Origin: Clostridia bacterium | GTDB taxonomy: Bacteria > Bacillota > Clostridia > Oscillospirales > Acutalibacteraceae | Length of the DNA: 64,000 nt | Assembly (NCBI GenBank): GCA_017548045.1 | Contig: JAFYNR010000010.1 | Location: 35,271-99,270 of the forward strand | Direction: 5' to 3' | Shown: in pieces, positions 37,750 through 47,944 of the stretch | How the letters are laid out: every line of letters begins with the position of its first letter | How positions within the stretch are numbered: position 1 is the stretch's first letter | Program-made: the position numbers and the translations under genes | The notes under the pieces: generated by a model | The model's input: the letters and a program-made list of their open reading frames with translations, nothing else | Databases searched by the model: none | What the model was told of the DNA's origin: nothing

Positions 37750-38091
37750 ATGAAAAAACAGGAAACCAATTATCTTGACAAAATCCCCGTTCATCCCGAG
37801 GGTATACCCTGGAAAACGGATGAAAACGGCATAGTTACCCTTGAAATCGAAAACAAAGGTGCAATGAACAGAATTGCACAGAAGCTTTTCAAAAGACCGA
37901 AGGTCAGCTACATTCATCTTGATAAAACAGGCAGCTTCGTATGGCCTCTTATCGACGGGAAGAAAACCATAACGGACCTCGCCGCAGAGGTTGATGCCGA
38001 ATTCGGTGAGGAAGCACATCCCCTTTACGAAAGGCTGGCACAGTTTTTCAGAGTGCTAGACAGCTACAAATTCATTTCATGGGTTGAATAA
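37750..38091 (+). CDS. Stand-alone PqqD family / RiPP-recognition-element protein
   Basis: LDKTGSFVWPLIDGKKTI.DL winged-helix signature; starts 3 nt after the OPT stop. Confidence 0.8.
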   Translation: MKKQETNYLDKIPVHPEGIPWKTDENGIVTLEIENKGAMNRIAQKLFKRPKVSYIHLDKTGSFVWPLIDGKKTITDLAAEVDAEFGEEAHPLYERLAQFFRVLDSYKFISWVE

Positions 38092-38097
38092 CAAACA

Positions 38098-38135
38098 GTC
38101 AGTCCCCGATATTGCATCGGGGATTGATTTTTTTA
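38098..38135 (+). terminator. Terminator
   Basis: TCAGTCCCCGAT...ATCGGGGATTGA followed by T7. Confidence 0.8.
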
Positions 38136-38184
38136 TTATGTATGATAAAATAGATACAGAACCATATTTGCGGAGGTTTTGCAA

Positions 38185-40608
38185 ATGAGTATTATCAAAA
38201 AGAAAGTTATGAAGTACGTAGGCAAGATTGTAAACTACGTTACCACCACTACCTCTCAGGGCACGTCCGACGGTCAGCTGGGCAAAAGCTTTGTGCCCGA
38301 TAAAAAAATGATTGAGCTTTGCCGTGAAATCGGTGCGGAAGGTATCGTTATGCTTAAAAACAAGAACGACGTGCTTCCCCTTACCGAAGAAAACGTTATT
38401 TCCGTTTTCGGCAGAGTGCAGAACGATTATTTTTACGTGGGCTACGGTTCGGGTGGCGACGTCAAGGCACCCTACAAGGTCAGCCTTATGGAAGGCATAA
38501 AGAACAATTCCAAAATAAAATACAACGAGCTTCTTGCAACCGCATACGTGAACTGGGGCAAGCAGAATCCCGTTGACGACGGCTTCTGGGGTAACTGGCC
38601 TATGTGCTACGACGAAATGCCCGTTGACCTTTCCCTGGCAAAATCCGCCGCTTCAATGTCCGACACCGCCGTTGTGGTTATCGGCAGGTCCGCAGGTGAG
38701 GACAGGGAAAACAAACTTGAAAAAGGCAGTTATTACCTTACCGACACCGAAAAGCAGATGCTTGATAATGTTACAGCCGCATTCAATAAAGTTATTCTTC
38801 TGCTTAACTGCGGCGGAATTATGGATATGGCTGAAATTGATGCATACGGCGATAAGATTTCCGCAATTCTTTACGTGTGGCAGATGGGTATGGAAAGCGG
38901 AAACGCCATTGCAGACGTGCTTTGCGGCGACAGCTTCCCCGGCGGCAAGCTGACGGATACAATCGCAAAAAGCTATGAGGATTACCCCGGCAGTGCGGAT
39001 TTCGGTGCAAGAAAATTCAACAACTACACCGAGGATATCTATGTAGGTTACAGAGGCTTTGAAACCTTTGCGAAGGACAAAGTTCTTTATCCCTTCGGCT
39101 TCGGTCTTGGATATACTGAATTCTGTCTTGAAGGCACCGAGTGCAAATGCGAAAACGGGGTTATCACCGTTGAAACAACCGTCAGAAACATCGGCACAAG
39201 AGCAGGCAAGGAGGTTGTTCAGCTTTATTACGAAGCACCCTGCGGCAGAATGGGCAAGCCTGCAAGGGAGCTTGGTGCATTTGCAAAAACAGCCGTTCTC
39301 CTTCCCGAAGAAAGTGAAAAAATCACCCTTTCGCTCAGCATAAACGATATGGCATCCTATGACGACGAGGACACCTTTGCTTACGTGCTTGAAAAGGGTA
39401 CATACAATATTTATCTCGGCACCGATGTACGCAGTGCAGAGCTTTGCTGCACCTATGAGCAGGATAAGGGCAGCATTGTATCAAAGCTTTCGCAGACCTG
39501 TGCAGTTGCACCCGAAAGCGCTTTTGACAGACTTAAATTCATCGACGGCAAAAAGGTTTACGCTCCCGTACCTACCGCAAAATACAATCTTAAAGAAATC
39601 ATTCTTGCAAATCTGCCCGAAAGTATTTCTCAGACAGGCGACAAGGGCTATAAGCTTGCCGATGTAAAAAGCGGCAAAATAACAATGGAAGAATTCGTTG
39701 CCCAGCTTGATAACACCGAGCTTGAGGCAATAAGCCGCGGCGACTACGTTATGAACAGCCATCTGGGTGCGGCAGGCAACGCAGGCACCTTCGGCGGTGT
39801 GCTCCAATCAATGAGAAACAAAGGCATACCTGCCGCAACAACAACAGACGGTCCCTCAGGTATCAGAATAAACGAGGGAGCCTCCCTTCTTCCCGTTGCA
39901 ACCGCACTTGCAAGCTCCTGGAATCCCGAGCTCATTGAAAACCTCTATGAGCAGGTGGGTCTTGAAATGAAGCGCGTAGGCTCGGATATTCTTCTTGCAC
40001 CGGGTATGAACATTCACAGAAATCCCCTTTGCGGCAGAAACTTCGAATATTTTTCAGAGGACCCCCTGCTGACGGGTATTATGGCGGCGGCTTTTGTAAA
40101 GGGCGTGCAGAAGGCGGGAGTTTCAGCCTGCCCCAAGCATTTTGCCTGCAACAATCAGGAAACCAACAGAACCCATAACGATTCAAGAGTTTCCGAAAGA
40201 GCGCTTCGTGAAATCTACCTCAGGGGCTTTGAAATCTGTGTCAAAACCGCAAAGCCTCAGAATATTATGACGTCATATAACAAAATCAACGGCGTATGGG
40301 GTCACTACAACTATGAGCTTTGCGAAAGAATTCTCCGTGGCGAATGGGGCTACACGGGCAGCATTATGACCGACTGGTGGATGCGCTCATCGGCATCCCC
40401 CGAATTCCCCTCAATCCGCGACCAGGCTTACAGAGTAAGAGCAGGCGTAAACGTGCTTATGCCCGGCGGCGGAAGAACAGGCAAACGCAAGAGCGACGGC
40501 ACGCTTCTTAAAACTCTGGGCAAGCCCGACGGCATAACTCTCGGCGAGCTTCAGAAAAATGCAATGCACGTTCTTAATTACGTAATGAACAGCAGTGCGA
40601 TGAAATAA
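38185..40608 (+). CDS. Cytoplasmic GH3 beta-glucosidase, inverted domain order
   Basis: EGIVMLKN, YTEDIYVGYR, DGPSGIR, CGRNFEYFSEDP, PKHFACNNQE, IMTDWW. Confidence 0.9.
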   Translation: MSIIKKKVMKYVGKIVNYVTTTTSQGTSDGQLGKSFVPDKKMIELCREIGAEGIVMLKNKNDVLPLTEENVISVFGRVQNDYFYVGYGSGGDVKAPYKVSLMEGIKNNSKIKYNELLATAYVNWGKQNPVDDGFWGNWPMCYDEMPVDLSLAKSAASMSDTAVVVIGRSAGEDRENKLEKGSYYLTDTEKQMLDNVTAAFNKVILLLNCGGIMDMAEIDAYGDKISAILYVWQMGMESGNAIADVLCGDSFPGGKLTDTIAKSYEDYPGSADFGARKFNNYTEDIYVGYRGFETFAKDKVLYPFGFGLGYTEFCLEGTECKCENGVITVETTVRNIGTRAGKEVVQLYYEAPCGRMGKPARELGAFAKTAVLLPEESEKITLSLSINDMASYDDEDTFAYVLEKGTYNIYLGTDVRSAELCCTYEQDKGSIVSKLSQTCAVAPESAFDRLKFIDGKKVYAPVPTAKYNLKEIILANLPESISQTGDKGYKLADVKSGKITMEEFVAQLDNTELEAISRGDYVMNSHLGAAGNAGTFGGVLQSMRNKGIPAATTTDGPSGIRINEGASLLPVATALASSWNPELIENLYEQVGLEMKRVGSDILLAPGMNIHRNPLCGRNFEYFSEDPLLTGIMAAAFVKGVQKAGVSACPKHFACNNQETNRTHNDSRVSERALREIYLRGFEICVKTAKPQNIMTSYNKINGVWGHYNYELCERILRGEWGYTGSIMTDWWMRSSASPEFPSIRDQAYRVRAGVNVLMPGGGRTGKRKSDGTLLKTLGKPDGITLGELQKNAMHVLNYVMNSSAMK

Positions 40609-40699
40609 ATAAATTATTAAGAAAAGGAATGCTTCTTGCATTCCTTTTTATTTTGGTGTATTATATACTATGTATAGATATAATCAAGGCGGTGAGAAT

Positions 40700-41407
40700 T
40701 TGGAACATTCGCAGTTTTTGCGTTCGGAAATGATACTGGGCGAAAAATCAACCGAAATACTGAAAAGCAAAAGCGTTATTCTTTTCGGTCTGGGCGGAGT
40801 AGGCTCATACACAGCCGAAGCCCTTGCGAGAGCAGGCATCGGCAGGCTCACAATCGTTGATAACGACACCGTATCCGTCACAAATCTCAACCGTCAGCTT
40901 TGCGCACTCCATTCAACCGTCGGTATGCCCAAGGTTGATGTGGTGAAAGCAAGAATCCTTGATATCAACCCTCAGTGTGAGGTTACGGCGGTCCGGAAAT
41001 TCTATCTGCCCGAAAACTCAGCTGAATTCAATCTTGAAAACTTTGATTATATCGCAGATGCCATTGACACCGTCAGCGCTAAAATCGACCTTGCGGTAAA
41101 ATCGCAGGAGCTCGGAATACCTCTTGTTGCCTGTATGGGCACGGGCAACAAGCTTGACCCCTCACGATTCACGGTTTCGGATATTTTTAAAACAAGCGGC
41201 TGCCCCCTTTGCCGTGTTATGAGAAACGAGCTGAAAAAAAGAGGAATAAAAAAGCTGAATGTTGTATGGTCCCCCGAAGAACCGGTAAAGCCTTTACAGA
41301 CCGACGAAAATTCAGGCAAAAGGCAGACCCCCGCAAGCCTGCCCTTTGTGCCTCCCGTGGCAGGTATGATTATGGCAGGCAAAATTATCACAGATTTAGC
41401 AGGGTGA
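40700..41407 (+). CDS. tcdA: tRNA threonylcarbamoyladenosine dehydratase (ThiF family)
   Basis: GLGGVGSY.AEALAR, TNLNRQ, DAID, GNKLDP, CPLCRVMR; probable TTG start. Confidence 0.88.
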   Translation: MEHSQFLRSEMILGEKSTEILKSKSVILFGLGGVGSYTAEALARAGIGRLTIVDNDTVSVTNLNRQLCALHSTVGMPKVDVVKARILDINPQCEVTAVRKFYLPENSAEFNLENFDYIADAIDTVSAKIDLAVKSQELGIPLVACMGTGNKLDPSRFTVSDIFKTSGCPLCRVMRNELKKRGIKKLNVVWSPEEPVKPLQTDENSGKRQTPASLPFVPPVAGMIMAGKIITDLAG

Positions 41408-41411
41408 CATA

Positions 41412-42878
41412 ATGAAAAAAATTATCGCTTTGATTTTGATATTTACTCTTGTTGCAACCGCATTCTGCGGCTGTAAGAAAACTTACGTTGACCCTGACGA
41501 CCCTCAGATTATTGAGAATCTCAACGAAAGCAGTGCAAACACACTGAAACTTGCATATTCCAAAGCGGATATGCTTGATCCCTTCACCTGCACAATGAGT
41601 GCAAACATTCAGATTCTGGGTCTTATATATGACGGTCTTTACAAGCTTGACAAAGCCTATGAGCCCATACCCGTCATCGCAAAAAGCTCCATTGTCAGCG
41701 GCACAACAGTAAATGTAACTCTGAATTCCGTTAAATTTTCAGATGGTACCGCACTCACCTCAAACGATGTTGCCTATTCATTCAACAAGGCAAAGAATGC
41801 TCCGTATTATGCCGAAAGGCTCAAAAACATTGCATCGGTAAGCATTTCTTCCTCCAATATGCTTGTTTTCACTCTCACAAGCCCTGATCCCTACGTGCTT
41901 GCCTGCCTTACTTTCCCCGTAGTCAAAAACGGTGCAAGCGGCGAGCTTCCCACAGGCTCGGGCAGATATGCGCCGAAAATATCGGGTGAAACGGTTTACC
42001 TTGTTGTGAACAGCAAAAAATCAGGCTTCAACCCTGCGATAAAAACAATAACCCTTGTGCCCGTCAGAGACAGCAGCTCTGTTGAAAGCAGCCTTGAAAT
42101 CGGCAATACGGGCTTCTATTACGACGACCTGAGTGACGGCACATATTCAAGAATAAACGCAAAAACGGTTGAAATGGGCATCAACCATTTTGTGTATCTG
42201 GGCTTTAATTCCGCAAGCGAAATTTTCTCGAATGCCCAAATCCGCCGTGCGGTAAACCTTGCGATAAACCGTAAGGAAATTGCCGTTACCGCATTTCAGG
42301 GTCACGCCAGAGAAACCTATTCACCATTTAACCCCGAATGGTATAAGCTTGCATCAAAAGACCTTGTTATCGCTCAGGATATTCCGAAGGCAACCCGACT
42401 TATTGAGGAATCCGGCATCGACATAACTTCCAAGGAGGTTTCGGTGCTTGTAAATAAAGGAAACCCCTTCAAGCTTGAAGCGGCTCAGTTTATCTGCGAT
42501 TATCTTACCGAACTGGGCTTCAAGGTTATACTCAAGGATTATTCTCCACAATACTATACCGAAGCTCTTGAGCTCGGTTCGTACGATGTGTATATCGGTG
42601 AAATCCGACTTGCGCCCAATATGGATTTATCTGCCCTGCTGGGCGGTGCGGCAGGCTACGGAATCGACCCTCTCAGCCCCTGCGTTTCAAGGTATTCTCA
42701 GCTTCTCGGCGGCGGCTGTGAGCTGATGGATTTCATCAACACCTTTAACGAAGATTTACCGTTTATTCCTCTTTGTTACAGAAATGCGGCGGCATCATAT
42801 ACCAATGCAATGCAGGCGGATTATGCCTGCTGTGACGGAGACGTTTTTTACGATATAGAAACCTGGAGTTTTAAATAA
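41412..42878 (+). CDS. Family-5 (peptide/nickel) ABC substrate-binding lipoprotein
   Basis: Lipobox FCGC; LIYDGLY, KFSDGT.LT..DV.YS, GSGRY, IRRAVNLAINR. Confidence 0.8.
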   Translation: MKKIIALILIFTLVATAFCGCKKTYVDPDDPQIIENLNESSANTLKLAYSKADMLDPFTCTMSANIQILGLIYDGLYKLDKAYEPIPVIAKSSIVSGTTVNVTLNSVKFSDGTALTSNDVAYSFNKAKNAPYYAERLKNIASVSISSSNMLVFTLTSPDPYVLACLTFPVVKNGASGELPTGSGRYAPKISGETVYLVVNSKKSGFNPAIKTITLVPVRDSSSVESSLEIGNTGFYYDDLSDGTYSRINAKTVEMGINHFVYLGFNSASEIFSNAQIRRAVNLAINRKEIAVTAFQGHARETYSPFNPEWYKLASKDLVIAQDIPKATRLIEESGIDITSKEVSVLVNKGNPFKLEAAQFICDYLTELGFKVILKDYSPQYYTEALELGSYDVYIGEIRLAPNMDLSALLGGAAGYGIDPLSPCVSRYSQLLGGGCELMDFINTFNEDLPFIPLCYRNAAASYTNAMQADYACCDGDVFYDIETWSFK

Positions 42879-42917
42879 GATAAAATCTGCCATAATATAT
42901 CCCGAAAGGATGATATT

Positions 42918-43835
42918 ATGGTAAATTCAGAAATACTTAAAAAAGCATTTATCAGCGGTGCAAACGCAGTTGCAAAGCACACCGAACAGATTAATTCAAT
43001 CAACGTTTTTCCCGTACCCGACGGGGATACGGGCACCAATCTTGCACTTACCCTTACGGGCTGTGCGGAGAAAATCAAAGACCTGCCCGATATGGGTGCA
43101 GGAGAGCTTGCCGATAAAATCGCAGGTGAGCTTTTCCGCTGTGCAAGAGGTAACTCGGGTGTTATATTCTCGCTTATTTTCAGCGGCTTTGCCAAAAGCG
43201 TTGAGGGGCTTGAAGCCATTGATGCAGCAAGCCTTGCAAAAGGGCTTGAGGCAGGCTGTGACGAGGCATATGCCGCCATGGAAAAGCCTACAGAGGGCAC
43301 GATTCTGACGGTTATAAGGCTTGCCGCTTCAAAGGCGGTATCCTCCGCTTCAAAGGGCAAAAATGCCCGTGACACCTTTGCGGATGCGGTTGCCGCCGCA
43401 AAAGCCTCGCTTAAATCAACTCCCAATCTTTTGCCTATGCTGAAAAAGCACGGCTGTGTTGATGCGGGCGGTCAGGGGCTTGTATACATTATGCAGGGTA
43501 TGCTTGAAATAAGCGATATCCGTGAAGAAGCAAAGCCCTCAACGAAAAAGAACGTTCACACAGATGAAATAACCTATATTTACTGCACCGAATTTCTCAT
43601 AAACAATGCCGTTAATGCGGATATTGAAAATTTCAGAAGCCGTATTTCCCGTATGGGCGATTGCACTGCGGCGGCAAAGCATTCGGGAATTATCAAGGTG
43701 CATATTCACACAAACCGACCCGATTGTGTTCTTGAAACCGCACTTGAAATCGGTGAGCTCAGCGATATAAAAATTGACAATATGAAAATACAGGCTGAAA
43801 ACGGAGCTGAAAAATGGAACTTAACGCAAGCATAA
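42918..43835 (+). CDS. DAK2-domain fatty-acid kinase catalytic subunit (FakA-like), lacking the C-terminal domain
   Basis: INVFPVPDGDTGTN, ARGNSGVI, PTEGTILTV, VDAGGQG, YCTEF, KVHIHT; lies upstream of recG. Confidence 0.82.
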   Translation: MVNSEILKKAFISGANAVAKHTEQINSINVFPVPDGDTGTNLALTLTGCAEKIKDLPDMGAGELADKIAGELFRCARGNSGVIFSLIFSGFAKSVEGLEAIDAASLAKGLEAGCDEAYAAMEKPTEGTILTVIRLAASKAVSSASKGKNARDTFADAVAAAKASLKSTPNLLPMLKKHGCVDAGGQGLVYIMQGMLEISDIREEAKPSTKKNVHTDEITYIYCTEFLINNAVNADIENFRSRISRMGDCTAAAKHSGIIKVHIHTNRPDCVLETALEIGELSDIKIDNMKIQAENGAEKWNLTQA

Positions 43836-45841
43836 AATATCTCAAAGGAGTGGGTGAAAAAAGGGCTGCCCTGCTTTCAAAGCTGGGAATTACAACCCTT
43901 TGGGATCTGCTGACCTTTTACCCCCGCACCTATGAGGATTGGAGCAGCCTTGTTTCCATTGCCGACGCACCTATGAATGAACCCGTCTGCATAAAAGCCG
44001 TTGTGGGTACACGGTGCCGTGAACAGAGAATACGCGGCGGTATGACTCTTTACAAGACGGAAATTACAGACGGCGATATGCTGCTTGACGTTACTTTTTT
44101 CAATAATAAATTTGCCGCACAAAAGCTTGAAGTGGGCAAGGAGTATCTTTTCTTCGGTAAAATTACGGGCAAGGGATATTACAGGTCAATGAATTCTCCC
44201 GTTTTTGAAGAATACGACGGCACGGAAGCATTAAGACCCATATATCCGCAGACTGCAGGTATAAATTCCCGTGCAATTCAGAAGCTTGTAAAGACGGCAT
44301 TTTCCGTCTGCGGAGATATTCCGGACCCTCTGCCTGAGGATATACGCAACAGCTATTGCCTTATGAATCTGAAAAAGGCTTTGATTAATATACACTCCCC
44401 CGAAAGCGAGGATATGCTCAGTGAGGCTCGCAGAAGGCTTATTTTTGAAGAACTGTTTCTTCTTGAGCTGGGTCTTTTGCGGCTGAAAAGCAAAAACCGC
44501 CGTGCGGCGGCTTACCCTATGGAAAAGGATTATACGGATGAATTTATTTCGTCCCTTCCTTTTGAGATGACGGGAGCGCAGAAAAGAGCAGTTGCTCAGG
44601 CGGCAGAGGATATGCTTGGCACCGTACCCATGAACAGGCTTCTGCAGGGCGACGTAGGCTCGGGTAAAACGGCGGTTGCGGCGGCACTGATTTATAACTG
44701 TGCTCGCAACGGCTGTCAGAGTGCCCTTATGGCACCTACGGAGGTGCTTGCGGTTCAGCATTATAAAACCCTTGCAAAAATGTTTGAAAATACGGATATT
44801 GAAATCGGTCTTTTGACAGGGTCAACTCCTGCGGCGGAAAAGAAAAAAATAAAAGCCGCCCTCAAAGACGGCAGAATAAATCTTATTATCGGCACTCACG
44901 CACTGATTCAGAAGGACGTTGAATTCAAAAACCTTGCTCTTGCGGTTACGGATGAACAGCACCGCTTCGGTGTGAATCAGCGCGGCACTCTCAGCTCAAA
45001 GGGCAATAATCCCCATACGCTTGTTATGTCCGCAACACCTATCCCCCGTACACTTGCGCTGATTATTTACGGCGACCTTGACCTTAGTATTCTTGATGAA
45101 ATGCCCAAGGGCAGGCAAAAAATCGAAACCTTCCTTGTTGGCAGTGAAATCCGTGAAAGAGCCTACGGATATGTGAAAAAGCATCTTTGCGAAGGCAGGC
45201 AGGGCTACATAGTATGCGCCCTTGTTGCGGAAAACGAAGCAAGCGAGCTTACCGCCGCCACAGAGCTTTACAAGAATCTGGCAGACGGATTTTTCAAAGG
45301 CTTCAGGGTAGGTCTGCTTCACGGAAAAATGAAACCTGCCGAAAAAAAGGCGGTTATGGAATCTTTTGCTTCGGGTGAAACTCAGCTTCTTGTTTCCACA
45401 ACCGTTATCGAGGTAGGCATTGACGTTCCCAACGCGGTTATTATGGTTATCGAGAATGCGGAAAGATTCGGTCTTTCACAGCTTCATCAGCTTCGCGGCA
45501 GAATCGGCAGAGGCACCGAAAAGTCAAGCTGTATAATGATATCCGATGCCCATAACGACCTTACGGAGCAAAGGCTCAAAATTCTTGCATCCACAACCGA
45601 CGGCTTCAGAATTGCCGATGAGGATCTGAAGCTGAGAGGTCCCGGCGACTTTTTCGGCTCACGTCAGCACGGTCTGCCCGAAATGAAGATTGCGGATATG
45701 ATGACCGACGGTGAAGCCATAAGAGAAGCCCATTCTGCGGCGGTTGAGCTGTTAAACAAAAACCCCGCCCTTGAGGGCGAGGCTTATCTGCTGCTCAGAA
45801 AAGCGGTTAACCGTCTTTTCAGCGGCGGCTCAATGAACTGA
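43814..45841 (+). CDS. recG: ATP-dependent DNA helicase RecG
   Basis: LLQGDVGSGKT, DEQHRFGV, SATPIPRT, GLSQLHQLRGRIGRG, DLKLRGPG. Confidence 0.97.
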   Translation: MELNASIKYLKGVGEKRAALLSKLGITTLWDLLTFYPRTYEDWSSLVSIADAPMNEPVCIKAVVGTRCREQRIRGGMTLYKTEITDGDMLLDVTFFNNKFAAQKLEVGKEYLFFGKITGKGYYRSMNSPVFEEYDGTEALRPIYPQTAGINSRAIQKLVKTAFSVCGDIPDPLPEDIRNSYCLMNLKKALINIHSPESEDMLSEARRRLIFEELFLLELGLLRLKSKNRRAAAYPMEKDYTDEFISSLPFEMTGAQKRAVAQAAEDMLGTVPMNRLLQGDVGSGKTAVAAALIYNCARNGCQSALMAPTEVLAVQHYKTLAKMFENTDIEIGLLTGSTPAAEKKKIKAALKDGRINLIIGTHALIQKDVEFKNLALAVTDEQHRFGVNQRGTLSSKGNNPHTLVMSATPIPRTLALIIYGDLDLSILDEMPKGRQKIETFLVGSEIRERAYGYVKKHLCEGRQGYIVCALVAENEASELTAATELYKNLADGFFKGFRVGLLHGKMKPAEKKAVMESFASGETQLLVSTTVIEVGIDVPNAVIMVIENAERFGLSQLHQLRGRIGRGTEKSSCIMISDAHNDLTEQRLKILASTTDGFRIADEDLKLRGPGDFFGSRQHGLPEMKIADMMTDGEAIREAHSAAVELLNKNPALEGEAYLLLRKAVNRLFSGGSMN

Positions 45842-46300
45842 GCTTATGTTCATTTCTTTCGCTTTTTCGATTTCAGATTTATCCACGGGAATTATTTTGT
45901 ATTCGCTGGAATTCTCGTCAACCATAGTCACGGGAAGCTCGGGCAGTATTTCGTGAATTCTTGCAATAAATCCGCTGCTTCCTTCTGCGGGGAATCCCGT
46001 CACAAGCGTTGCCGCATTGTTTCTTTTTGCCGAAACAGCAACGGTCAGTACGGGGCTGTCACTGAAATAAACGTCCATTGATGCGTTATATTTCCCTGCA
46101 CAGTCAAACAGTGTTTCAAGAGCACCGCCTTCGTTGGCGTTAAGACCCTTACTCTCCTTGAACACGCTGACAACCGAAAGGGGCATTTTTTCACGCTTTG
46201 CAATCCTTGCGCCTGCTTCAATCAGCCTTTGGCAGGATTGCTGAGGGGTTACGCAGACCATAACACAGGGCTTTTTGAGTTTTTTATCCAAAATCTTCAT
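45830..46300 (-). CDS. Universal-stress-protein-like (KdpD USP-like) protein
   Basis: VMVCVT.Q.SC.RLI..G N-terminal motif. Confidence 0.6.
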   Translation of the reverse strand: MKILDKKLKKPCVMVCVTPQQSCQRLIEAGARIAKREKMPLSVVSVFKESKGLNANEGGALETLFDCAGKYNASMDVYFSDSPVLTVAVSAKRNNAATLVTGFPAEGSSGFIARIHEILPELPVTMVDENSSEYKIIPVDKSEIEKAKEMNISSVH

Positions 46301-46420
46301 TCCTTTCCTGATGCTATCTATATTTAGTTTCTTTTGTTCGTTGATACCATCTTAACATCCATATGTTTACAGGTTGAGAAATATAAATGTACGGAATGTA
46401 AATTATTTTCGGAGGCTTAT

Positions 46421-47362
46421 ATGGCAGATAAAAAATACTTTCTTGGCGTAGACGGCGGCGGCAGTAAAACAACCGCTGTTGTGTATGATGAAAAGGGCAA
46501 TTTCATATGCAGGGCTCAAGGCGAAAGCATAAACTATTATTCCGTAGGTATTGAAAACGCAAGGCAGGCAATGAAGGAAATCATTAACTCTCTATCCGTT
46601 AAAAGCTTTGAATGTGCCGTTATCGGTATGTCAGCACTCAACGGCAGAGCAACTGATGAAGAAACAGAGCGTTTCTGCAGCGGTATAATTGAAAGCAATA
46701 TAACGGTTATGGACTCAGACCTTTTTGTTGCCCTTGAGGCTATGAACTGCGAAGGTGAATGTGCTTTCGTAATAAGCGGCACGGGCTCAATGGCGGTATG
46801 CCGTGATGAAAACGGCGAAATCCGCCACGCAGGAGGCTTCGGATACATAATCGGTGATGAGGGCAGCGGCTATTCAATCGCTCTCAGTGCAATCAAAACA
46901 GCCATAAGGGCGGCTGAAAATATTGTTGCACCCACTGCCCTTACGGAAAAGTGCCTTCAATATTTTTCATCCGAAAATATATATGAACTGATTGACGTGT
47001 TTTATGAAAAAACCGTCAGCAGAAAAAATCTTGCCGCTTTTGCAAAAGAAGTATATGTCTGCGCCGAAAACGGCGACTTAACCGCACACGAAATATTAAG
47101 AAGCGAAGCGTTTTTGCTTTCTCAGACGGTTTTAAGCCTTATCAAAAACAAGAAAAAGGATATTCCCGTAGGTCTTTGGGGCGGAATTTTTCAGCATAAC
47201 AAAATTTTCAGAGATTATTTCTGCGGTTTTCTTGAAGAAAAAGGGTTCAGCAGTGTAAAGTTACTTGACTTTACACCTGAAGCAGGTGCAATTCTTGCCG
47301 CCTATCGCTTATCGGGAGTGAAAACCGTTGATATTATTGAGAATTTCAAAAACAATCAATAA
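46421..47362 (+). CDS. BadF/BadG/BcrA/BcrD ATPase (N-acetylglucosamine-kinase-like)
   Basis: GVDGGGSKT, ISGTGS, GGFGYIIGDEGSGY. Confidence 0.85.
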   Translation: MADKKYFLGVDGGGSKTTAVVYDEKGNFICRAQGESINYYSVGIENARQAMKEIINSLSVKSFECAVIGMSALNGRATDEETERFCSGIIESNITVMDSDLFVALEAMNCEGECAFVISGTGSMAVCRDENGEIRHAGGFGYIIGDEGSGYSIALSAIKTAIRAAENIVAPTALTEKCLQYFSSENIYELIDVFYEKTVSRKNLAAFAKEVYVCAENGDLTAHEILRSEAFLLSQTVLSLIKNKKKDIPVGLWGGIFQHNKIFRDYFCGFLEEKGFSSVKLLDFTPEAGAILAAYRLSGVKTVDIIENFKNNQ

Positions 47363-47410
47363 ATATAACGCAAATTGTAAAGTACAATCACTTTACAGAA
47401 ACGAGCAATA

Positions 47411-47938
47411 ATGAAAGCACAAAAAATTGCATTGACAGGAGTGATGGCGGCAATAATCTGCCTGCTCGCTCCCCTTTCCGTACCTTCGGGAGTTATTCCT
47501 CTGACTTTGGCTACCTTTGCGGTGTTTATAATATCCTGCATTGCCGCACCGAAAAATGCGGCAGGTGCCGTTATCATATATATTCTTCTCGGTGCCGCAG
47601 GTTTACCCGTATTTTCATCATTCAGAGGCGGATTTCAGATTATTGCAGGCGTAACGGGAGGTTACATAATCGGATATATTCCCTGTGCGCTGACGGTCAG
47701 TCTGCTTGTTAATAAATTCCCCGAAAAAAAATTTATCTATCCTTTAAGTATGACTCTCGGCACTGCAATATGCGGTTTTACGGGTGCTCTGTGGTATGCA
47801 CTGCAAACGGGCGCCGACCTTACCGCCGCAGTAACGGCAGGAGTTCTCCCCTTCATAATCGGAGATATAATAAAAATCACAGCCGCTTCCGTGCTTGGCT
47901 TCACGCTTCGCAAACGGCTGAATAAAATAAGGAGCTGA
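47411..47938 (+). CDS. bioY: Biotin ECF S-component BioY
   Basis: PLTLATF, YILLGAAGLPVF, TGGYIIGY, VLPFIIGDIIK. Confidence 0.88.
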   Translation: MKAQKIALTGVMAAIICLLAPLSVPSGVIPLTLATFAVFIISCIAAPKNAAGAVIIYILLGAAGLPVFSSFRGGFQIIAGVTGGYIIGYIPCALTVSLLVNKFPEKKFIYPLSMTLGTAICGFTGALWYALQTGADLTAAVTAGVLPFIIGDIIKITAASVLGFTLRKRLNKIRS

Positions 47939-47944
47939 TACGTA

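Noticed and set aside
40700-41407. ThiF-family gene as a possible RiPP-modifying enzyme for the nearby SCIFF/PqqD genes
   Set aside because: Sequence matches the housekeeping TcdA pattern and is separated from the locus by terminators and a GH3 gene.
45830-45841. 12-nt convergent overlap of recG and the USP-like gene
   Set aside because: Short 3' overlaps are common in compact genomes; no further evidence of antisense control.
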